From the NCBI GenBank assembly GCA_026391215.1, contig JAPLDX010000063.1, forward strand, positions 1 to 16,639: DNA of 16,639 bases, in the 5' to 3' direction. Numbering within the stretch: the stretch's first letter is position 1; each line of letters starts with the position of its first letter. Below the pieces are notes generated by a model. That model had not been told where the DNA came from. It was given only the letters and a program-made list of their open reading frames with translations, and did no database searches. Of the stretch, positions 1 to 6,559 are shown in pieces. Made by a program: the position numbers and the translations under genes. Source of the stretch: Bacteroidia bacterium. Its GTDB lineage: Bacteria > Bacteroidota > Bacteroidia > Bacteroidales > VadinHA17.

Positions 1-747
1 GCAAAAGTAAAAATGCAGGGAGCAATTCAAAAGTGGGTGGATCATTCAATAAGCGTGACCATCAATCTTCCAGCCGATGCAAAAGAGGAGATGGTCAGCG
101 AACTATACCTTACAGCATGGAAATCAGGATGCAAGGGAGCAACTGTCTATCGTGACGGATCGAGAAACGGTGTGCTTATTTCAGGGAAGCCTGAAACAAG
201 GACAGAAAGGCCGAAACGTCCTAAAGTGCTCGATTGCGACGTGATCAGGTTCAATATAAATGAAGAGAAATGGGTCGCTTTCGTCGGGCTGAAGGAATCC
301 AGACCGTACGAGATATTCACCGGGCTGGCTGATGAGGAGATATTTCCCATTCCTAAAAGCATTGTAAAGGGACAGATAATCAAGATCAAAAGTGATGACG
401 GGAAGACCCGCTACGATTTTCAGTATACCGATAAATACGGCTATAAGAAAACAATCGGCGGACTTTCACACATGTTCAAGCCTGAATTCTGGAACTATGC
501 CAAGCTGATATCGGGAGTACTGCGTCATGAGATGCCTATTGCAGATGTGGTTACCCTTATACAGTCCCTTAAGCTTGATAGTGAATCAATAAACAACTGG
601 AAGAACGGCGTGGAGCGTGCCCTGAAAAAATATATTCCCAACGGGACAAAGGCAAAAGGAAAATGCACCGAATGTCATTCTGATAACCTGGTATACCAGG
701 AGGGGTGCCTTATCTGCAAGGATTGCGGCTCCTCTAAATGCGGGTAA
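1..747 (+). CDS. nrdJ: Adenosylcobalamin-dependent (class II) ribonucleotide reductase, C-terminal part (5' truncated by window)
   Basis: Frame is open from base 1 (AKVKMQGAIQKWVDHSISVTINLP). Contains AWKSGCKGATVYRDGSR typical of RNR large subunits, a TSCPD-like region (RPYEIF...AKLISGVLRH) and a Cys-rich tail CTEC...GCLICKDCGSSKCG. Confidence 0.9.
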   Translation, partial: AKVKMQGAIQKWVDHSISVTINLPADAKEEMVSELYLTAWKSGCKGATVYRDGSRNGVLISGKPETRTERPKRPKVLDCDVIRFNINEEKWVAFVGLKESRPYEIFTGLADEEIFPIPKSIVKGQIIKIKSDDGKTRYDFQYTDKYGYKKTIGGLSHMFKPEFWNYAKLISGVLRHEMPIADVVTLIQSLKLDSESINNWKNGVERALKKYIPNGTKAKGKCTECHSDNLVYQEGCLICKDCGSSKCG

Positions 748-756
748 AAATCTATT

Positions 757-1641
757 CTATCTGTTAGCTCTGATCAGTCCTCTCCTCAACCAGGGAGAGG
801 ATATTTTTTTATCATAATAATGAATCATATAACCTTTTGACGGAGTCACTGTGAATCTGTTTTTTTCAAGGAGCGAAGTAAATTCCTTTTCGTCATTATT
901 TTTATGATAGGTGCATAAGGCTATTTTAAGGCTGCTTTTTCCCGCGAGCAATTCCGAAGCGCCATTAAGTACTTTCCGCTCATTCCCATCAACATCAATT
1001 TTCAGGAATGTGATATCTTTCCGCGCACTGATCAGTGAGTCAAGGGTTATATGTCTATCATCATCAAAGTCAGCCACATACTTACTTATTATCTCTACCT
1101 TATCCTTCCACGGTGCAAAAGTGGCTTCAAGAGCCCGGATCCATTCACTGTCATATTCAACCAGGTATATTTTCTTTACCTTTTCAATTACTGATAATGA
1201 AAAATTTCCTTCTGCAGCACCAATATCTGCTATTACGTCACCGGCACCGATAGTGAAATCTTCTGAAAGATAACTGTGAGGACTCCGGAGATCCTGCTCT
1301 CTTAACAGGTCAGAACAAGCCAGTTGTATCCTTCTGGTTGTCCACCTTTTTCTGAAATAGAGTCTTTTTCCATCATGAATGACGTATGGCATTCCATTTG
1401 AAGGATCTGATAAAACTTCAATCTTTTCGGGTGAATATTCAAAAGAAAAGGGATAAGGGAAGATAGTAACAGGATTTACCTCAAGATATTTTAAAACACC
1501 TCTTTGTTCAGCATTGACCTCATTGCCAGGTAGTTTTGAATAGTAATCAAGGATCTTTTTCCGGAGACTCTTTTTAAGAATTCGGGTCCTGATTGGTTTC
1601 GGAACCAACACACGATATATCTGAAAAAGAAAAGGATTCAT
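757..1641 (-). CDS. FkbM-family SAM-dependent methyltransferase
   Basis: SAM-binding motif IADIGAAEGNFS, TLD followed by FLKIDVDGNE (FkbM KIDVEG-like), and IALCTYH. Starts 6 bp after the kbl stop. Confidence 0.75.
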   Translation of the reverse strand: MNPFLFQIYRVLVPKPIRTRILKKSLRKKILDYYSKLPGNEVNAEQRGVLKYLEVNPVTIFPYPFSFEYSPEKIEVLSDPSNGMPYVIHDGKRLYFRKRWTTRRIQLACSDLLREQDLRSPHSYLSEDFTIGAGDVIADIGAAEGNFSLSVIEKVKKIYLVEYDSEWIRALEATFAPWKDKVEIISKYVADFDDDRHITLDSLISARKDITFLKIDVDGNERKVLNGASELLAGKSSLKIALCTYHKNNDEKEFTSLLEKNRFTVTPSKGYMIHYYDKKISSPWLRRGLIRANR

Positions 1642-1647
1642 TTTTAA

Positions 1648-2838
1648 TTATTTCAGGACACGCAATTCTTTCCCGATCTTTTCAAAAGCTTTTATAGCCT
1701 TATCGAGATGTTCTTTCTCATGTGCGGCAGAAAGCTGAACGCGGATCCGTGCCTCTCCTTTAGGGACGACAGGATAATAAAATCCGATAACATAAATTCC
1801 CTCACGCAGGAGCCTGGCTGCAAATTCCTGTGATAGTTTTGCATCATAAAGCATAACTGCGCAAATTGCAGATTTGGTTGGTTTGATATCAAATCCCAGA
1901 TTGGTCATCCGGCTGATAAAATACTCAGCATTCCTGTGAAGCTTATCCTGAAGAACATTTGTCCCGATCATCATATCCACCATTTTAATACCTGCAGCAG
2001 CAACCATGGGGGGAATTGAATTTGAAAATAGATAAGGACGTGATCTTTGACGGAGAAGTTCAATGATCTCTTTCTTCCCTGTGGTAAAACCTCCTATTGC
2101 ACCGCCAAATGCTTTGCCGAGAGTTCCTGTTATTATTTCAACCTGTCCCATGATATTAAAAAGTTCGGTTACTCCTCTGCCGGATTCACCAACCACTCCT
2201 GCTGAATGGGATTCATCAACCATTACCATGGCATTATAGAGGTTTGCCAGTTCAACGATTTTTTTCAGAGGTGCAACATTCCCGTCCATGGAAAAGACTC
2301 CATCGGTGACTATAAGGCGGAACCTTTGTTCCTGGGCCAGCTGCAGCTGAGCTTCAAGATCTTCCATATCGGCATTCTCGTACCTGTAGCGATGGGCTTT
2401 GCAGAGCCTCACCCCGTCAATTATGGAAGCATGGTTCAACGCATCGGATATTATAGCATCTTCACTTGTAAGAAGAGGTTCAAACACACCTCCATTGGCA
2501 TCAAAGCATGCTGCATACAGGATCGTATCTTCAGTACTGAAAAAATTAGCAATTTTCCTTTCTAACTTCTTATGAAGATCGGTTGTTCCACAGATGAAGC
2601 GTACCGATGACATCCCATAGCCATAATCCCCAAGAGCTTTTCCTGCTGCTTCGATAAGATCCGGATTATTTGAAAGGCCCAGATAATTATTAGCACAGAA
2701 ATTCAGGACTTTCTGCCCGGTATCAAGCTCAATTTCAGCTCCCTGGGGGGATATAATAATTCGTTCTTTTTTATTAAGGCCAGCCTCTTCTATTTCCTTA
2801 AGCTGGTTTGCAATATGATTCTGAAAAGCAGTATACAT
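1648..2838 (-). CDS. kbl: Glycine C-acetyltransferase (2-amino-3-ketobutyrate CoA ligase), canonical-looking copy
   Basis: NFCANNYLGLS, GMSSVRFICGT, CFDANGG, DALNHASIIDG, DGVFSMDG, VDESHS, PLP lysine in TGTLGKAFGGA, RQRSRPYLFSNS, YPVVPKGEARIRVQ. Confidence 0.93.
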   Translation of the reverse strand: MYTAFQNHIANQLKEIEEAGLNKKERIIISPQGAEIELDTGQKVLNFCANNYLGLSNNPDLIEAAGKALGDYGYGMSSVRFICGTTDLHKKLERKIANFFSTEDTILYAACFDANGGVFEPLLTSEDAIISDALNHASIIDGVRLCKAHRYRYENADMEDLEAQLQLAQEQRFRLIVTDGVFSMDGNVAPLKKIVELANLYNAMVMVDESHSAGVVGESGRGVTELFNIMGQVEIITGTLGKAFGGAIGGFTTGKKEIIELLRQRSRPYLFSNSIPPMVAAAGIKMVDMMIGTNVLQDKLHRNAEYFISRMTNLGFDIKPTKSAICAVMLYDAKLSQEFAARLLREGIYVIGFYYPVVPKGEARIRVQLSAAHEKEHLDKAIKAFEKIGKELRVLK

Positions 2839-2853
2839 AATAATTACTAAAGC

Positions 2854-4101
2854 TTATATGCCGTATTTTGCTATGATCTCTTCTTTTGTCAAGCCCAGAA
2901 TTTCATATTTTTTTCCTACTTTAATAAAAGCATTTAATGCCTTTTCAAGATGATGGATCTCATGCCCGGCGGAGATCTGTGTTCTTATCCTTGCCTGGCC
3001 ATTGGTAACCACAGGGAAAAAAAATCCGATAGCATAGATACCTTCATTGTAGAGATCCTTTGAAAAATCCTGGGATAGTTTTGCATTGAACAACATGACA
3101 GGAACAATAGGGCTGTTTCCTTCCTTTAAAATAAATCCTGCTTCTGTCAATCCCTTTCTCCACCAGGCAGCATTCTTTTCCAGTTTATCCCGCCTTTCGG
3201 TGCTTGAAGAAAGGATATCGAAAACCCTCAGTACCCCTGCTACGATTACCGGTGATATTGTATTTGAAAACAGATATGGACGGGCTTTCTGCCTGCACAT
3301 CTGGACTATTTCCTTCCTGCCGGATACACATCCGCCGGAAGCTCCGCCAAGTGCTTTGCCAAATGTGGTGGTAATAATATCAATTTTACCAACTACATTG
3401 AAATGTTCATGTGTTCCGCGCCCGGTTTTTCCAATAAATCCTGAGGAATGAGAATCATCAACAAGGATCATGGCATCATATTTTTCACAAAGCTGTACCA
3501 TTTCATCAAGCTTTGCCAGATCACCATCCATTGAGAATACTCCGTCAGTTATTACCAGCTTGATTCTTTTATCGGCATGAAGCTGGAGCTTCTCTTCAAG
3601 GTGTTCCATATTGGAATGTTTGAAAGTGTCATGTTGAGCGCTGCATAACCTCATTCCATCGATTATGGACGCATGAACAAGTCTGTCGGATATCATTATA
3701 TCTTCGCTTGTCAGGATAGCTTCAAAGACTCCCGCATTTGCGTCCATGCATGAAGGGAAAAGAATTGTGTCTTCAGTTCCCAGAAACTCTGTGACCTTGT
3801 TTTCAAGCTCCCTGTGAATATCCTGGGTGCCGCAGATGAAGCGAACCGACGACATTCCGTAGCCTCTTTTTTCAAGCCCTTCATGAGCAGCTTTAAGCAC
3901 ATCAGGATGACTTGATAATCCCAGATAGTTATTGGAGCACATATTAATTACTTTCTTGATACTGGCTCCCGAAGGAAATTCGACTTCGATATCAGCTGCC
4001 TGGGGAGAGTGGATAAACCTCTCTTCTTTATAAATACCGGCATTCTGGATCTCTGACAATTGATTCCTGTACAAGTCTTTGACTCTATTGCTGTAGCTCA
4101 T
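2854..4101 (-). CDS. Second Kbl-like PLP-dependent alpha-oxoamine synthase (divergent paralogue)
   Basis: MCSNNYLGLS, GMSSVRFICGTQD, DRLVHASIIDG, DGVFSMDG, VDDSHS, PLP lysine in TTTFGKALGGASGG, RPYLFSNT, ARIRTQIS. Has a short C-terminal extension relative to the other copy. Confidence 0.85.
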   Translation of the reverse strand: MSYSNRVKDLYRNQLSEIQNAGIYKEERFIHSPQAADIEVEFPSGASIKKVINMCSNNYLGLSSHPDVLKAAHEGLEKRGYGMSSVRFICGTQDIHRELENKVTEFLGTEDTILFPSCMDANAGVFEAILTSEDIMISDRLVHASIIDGMRLCSAQHDTFKHSNMEHLEEKLQLHADKRIKLVITDGVFSMDGDLAKLDEMVQLCEKYDAMILVDDSHSSGFIGKTGRGTHEHFNVVGKIDIITTTFGKALGGASGGCVSGRKEIVQMCRQKARPYLFSNTISPVIVAGVLRVFDILSSSTERRDKLEKNAAWWRKGLTEAGFILKEGNSPIVPVMLFNAKLSQDFSKDLYNEGIYAIGFFFPVVTNGQARIRTQISAGHEIHHLEKALNAFIKVGKKYEILGLTKEEIIAKYGI

Positions 4102-4109
4102 AATTAACG

Positions 4110-4355
4110 TTATTTATTTATATACTTATTCACAAGTTCAACGATCTTATTTACTGAATCAAATGCTTCAGGTGTAGCTTTTTCCGGCGGTATTTTAATC
4201 TTGAATTTATTTTCAAGAAAAACCAGCAGGGAAACCATCGAAAAGGAATCAACATATCCGCTGGAGATCAGAGGTGAGTCATAAGTAATTTCTTCACCTT
4301 CATCAAGGTATTCACTTATGACATATTTCCGGATGAGTTCTTTAATATCTTCCAT
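4110..4355 (-). CDS. Stand-alone acyl/aminoacyl carrier protein (phosphopantetheine attachment site)
   Basis: 81 aa with the motif SGYVDSFSMVSL (GxDS serine) followed by LENKFKIKIP...EAFDSVNKI, a carrier-protein pattern. 29 bp from the ligase and 8 bp from the Kbl paralogue. Confidence 0.88.
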   Translation of the reverse strand: MEDIKELIRKYVISEYLDEGEEITYDSPLISSGYVDSFSMVSLLVFLENKFKIKIPPEKATPEAFDSVNKIVELVNKYINK

Positions 4356-4384
4356 AATTATAAAGTAGTTAAGATTTATCTGAA

Positions 4385-6088
4385 TCAGTCATTTTCGAGA
4401 GTGGAGATATCTCCGATTTCTTCACCCCATTCCTTTGCATGCAGTAATCTTCTCAATATTTTCCCGCTCCTGGTTTTCGGGAGCTTATCCATAAATTCGA
4501 CAGCCTGGGGCATTGCAAGGGGAGATAATTTTTTTCTTATGAAATTCATTATCTCAAGTTCAAGATCAGGACCGGGACTGAATCCCGGTTTGAGGGTAAT
4601 AAATGCTTTAACCACTTCCATGTTTATAACATCGGGTTTTGCAACAACAGCTGATTCTCCGACTGCCGGATGTTCCAGCAGTGCTGATTCCACTTCAAAC
4701 GGGCTAACCAGATGTCCCCCGGTATTGATTACATCATCATCACGGCCAACAAACCAGAAGTATCCTTCATTGTCAATACTCGACCGGTCTCCTGAAAGAT
4801 ACCAGCCATTGACAAACTTTTCCTTATATTTCTCTTCATTGTTCCAGTAATTCCTCATCATTGACGGCCATCCCGGACGGAACGCGATAAGTCCTATTTT
4901 CCCCGGCTCTATAATTGGTTCATATTTTTTCGGATCAAGCACCACACCTGTAATTCCCGGGAAAGGTTTACCCATAGATCCCGGTTTTACTTTCATACCG
5001 GGGAAATTGGTGATCATTATACAACCTGTCTCAGTCTGCCAGAATGTATCATGGAATGGTTTTCCAAACATTTTTATGGACCATATTACTGCTTCAGAAT
5101 TCAATGGTTCTCCTACACTTGCAAGATGACGGAGGCTTGAAAGGTTAAATTCACGGACAATTTCATCACCTGCTCTCATAAGCGATCTTATTGCTGTCGG
5201 AGCCGAATACCATACAGTAATTTTATTATCATAGATGAATTTATACCATGTCTGAGCTGAAAATCCCGCATCAAGAACGCACTGAGTAATCCCAAGGCTC
5301 CATGGTCCTATTATGCCGTAGGAGGTGCCTGTCACCCATCCAGGGTCAGCAGTGCACCAGTATATGTCATCTTCCTGCAGATCGAGAACCCATTTGGTTG
5401 TAAGATATTGTGCGATAATTGAGTAATGAACATGCTTTACTCCTTTTGGCTGTCCGGTTGTCCCGGATGTATAATGCAATACAGAAGGCGATTCAGCAGT
5501 GGCAGGAAAAATTTCCAGATTCTCAACAGGCGCAGACTCATGTAAGCTGAAAGCAATTTCCCTGCTTTCCAGTTTTTTTGTAATTACATGATCAACAATG
5601 ATTATAAATTCAAGATGAGGGAGCCTGTCCCTAATCTTCCTGACCTTTGATAAATGTTTACTCTGCGTTATGATTGCCCTTGTCTGTGCATTTTCAAGCC
5701 TGATGAAAAGAGATTCTTCCCCAAAAGCAGAAAAAAGCGGCTGTACGATAGCTCCTATTTTAAGGCCACCAAGAAACGATAAATATAATTCCGGGATCCT
5801 GTCCATGAACAGGCACACCCTGTCTTCACTTTTAATCCCCAGATTACGAAGGAAATTACCGATAACATTTCCTGCAATACGGATATCGTTAAATGTATAT
5901 CTCTTTTTGATCCCTCCGAAACCTTCATAAATGAGAGCAGTTTTACCGGCTTTTCCTTTTAAACAGATCCGGTCAGAACAGTACCATCCGATGTTTAATA
6001 CATTTCCATCCCTGTACTCTAGTTCCTTTTCGGCAATGGACCAATTAAAATCTTTGATCCTTTCCTCATAAAGGCCAAAATTTGACAT
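4385..6088 (-). CDS. acsA: AMP-forming short-chain acyl (acetate)-CoA/carrier ligase, AcsA-like
   Basis: ANL-family motifs YTSGTTGQPKG, WCTADPGWVTG, YSAPTAIR, SVGEPLN, DTFWQTETG, FVGRDDDVI and PKTRSGKILRR. Confidence 0.88.
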   Translation of the reverse strand: MSNFGLYEERIKDFNWSIAEKELEYRDGNVLNIGWYCSDRICLKGKAGKTALIYEGFGGIKKRYTFNDIRIAGNVIGNFLRNLGIKSEDRVCLFMDRIPELYLSFLGGLKIGAIVQPLFSAFGEESLFIRLENAQTRAIITQSKHLSKVRKIRDRLPHLEFIIIVDHVITKKLESREIAFSLHESAPVENLEIFPATAESPSVLHYTSGTTGQPKGVKHVHYSIIAQYLTTKWVLDLQEDDIYWCTADPGWVTGTSYGIIGPWSLGITQCVLDAGFSAQTWYKFIYDNKITVWYSAPTAIRSLMRAGDEIVREFNLSSLRHLASVGEPLNSEAVIWSIKMFGKPFHDTFWQTETGCIMITNFPGMKVKPGSMGKPFPGITGVVLDPKKYEPIIEPGKIGLIAFRPGWPSMMRNYWNNEEKYKEKFVNGWYLSGDRSSIDNEGYFWFVGRDDDVINTGGHLVSPFEVESALLEHPAVGESAVVAKPDVINMEVVKAFITLKPGFSPGPDLELEIMNFIRKKLSPLAMPQAVEFMDKLPKTRSGKILRRLLHAKEWGEEIGDISTLEND

Positions 6089-6120
6089 AAATTAATTGCA
6101 TTAGTAATTTACCTTGCCTT

Positions 6121-6128
6121 CCAAGATA
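6121..6128 (-). promoter_or_regulatory. Possible Bacteroidota -7 promoter element for the acsA-ACP-kbl-kbl-fkbM block
   Basis: Minus strand reads TATCTTGG, one mismatch from TAnnTTTG, in AT-rich context about 33 bp upstream of the ligase ATG. Confidence 0.35.
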
Positions 6129-6179
6129 TACAATTTTTTACAGTTAAAACATCTCTTATCTGATTTTATTCTGAAGGGA

Positions 6180-6251
6180 TAAAGTCCATAAAGTCTGTAA
6201 AGTCTGTAAAGTCTGTAAAGTCTGTAAAGTCTGTAAAGTTTGTAAAGTTTG
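6180..6251. repeat. 9-bp tandem repeat, 8 units, consensus TAAAGTCTG
   Basis: TAAAGTCCA x1, TAAAGTCTG x5, TAAAGTTTG x2, read directly. There are no spacers. Confidence 0.97.
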
Positions 6252-6275
6252 TATGGTTGATAAGATTTATATGGA

Positions 6276-6499
6276 TTAATGTAATGTTTTAATCAGGCCG
6301 GAAATTATTTTTGAGATCTCTTTGGATGAATTGAGGAGAAATTTGTATTCTTCTTCACTTAAATATTTTAGTTCAGAAGCAAGATAAAGCATAGATCTTA
6401 CCTCTCCACATGACCCTTTAGCGATAAACAAAAAATTCTCTGGGTCATAACTTTAGCTTTTTGCCATGATAAAATATCTTCAAACTGATCAATCTTCAT
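6276..6499 (-). pseudogene. Four-helix-bundle protein (23S rRNA IVS protein / bAvd-like, TIGR02436-type), internally deleted and frameshifted
   Basis: ATG at 6499 gives MKIDQFEDILSWQKAKVMTQRIF (family N-terminus F-E-D-L-x-x-W-Q-K-A). A different frame from about 6434 gives FLFIAKGSCGEVRSMLYLASELKYLSEEEYKFLLNSSKEISKIISGLIKTLH* (family FLxIAxGSxxE motif). The central DQxxRAxxSIxxNIAEG segment is absent and the first frame stops at 6398. Confidence 0.85.
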
Positions 6500-6520
6500 A
6501 GAATCTGCAATTTTAAATTC

Positions 6521-6557
6521 GACTTTACGGACTTTGGACTTTAAGGACTTTCGACTT
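6521..6557. repeat. Degenerate GACTTT tandem array (5 cores spaced 9,7,9,7 bp), the reverse complement of the 6180-6251 array
   Basis: GACTTT cores at 6521, 6530, 6537 and 6546, plus GACTT at 6553. The array ends 2 bp from the tdh stop codon. Confidence 0.9.
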
Positions 6558-6559
6558 AT

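Noticed and set aside
1648-6088. Sphingolipid (SPT) or biotin (BioF) synthesis cluster
   Set aside because: Both PLP enzymes carry Kbl-type signatures (SVRFICGT, RPYLFSN), and the ligase has short-chain Acs motifs rather than long-chain ones.
6180-6251. Repeat array as CRISPR or as a coding repeat
   Set aside because: The units are 9 bp and contiguous, with no spacers or cas genes. The array lies outside the four-helix-bundle reading frames and has no convincing start.
6276-6499. Diversity-generating retroelement (Avd-like gene) or rRNA intervening sequence
   Set aside because: No reverse transcriptase, TR/VR pair or rRNA sequence is recognisable in the window.
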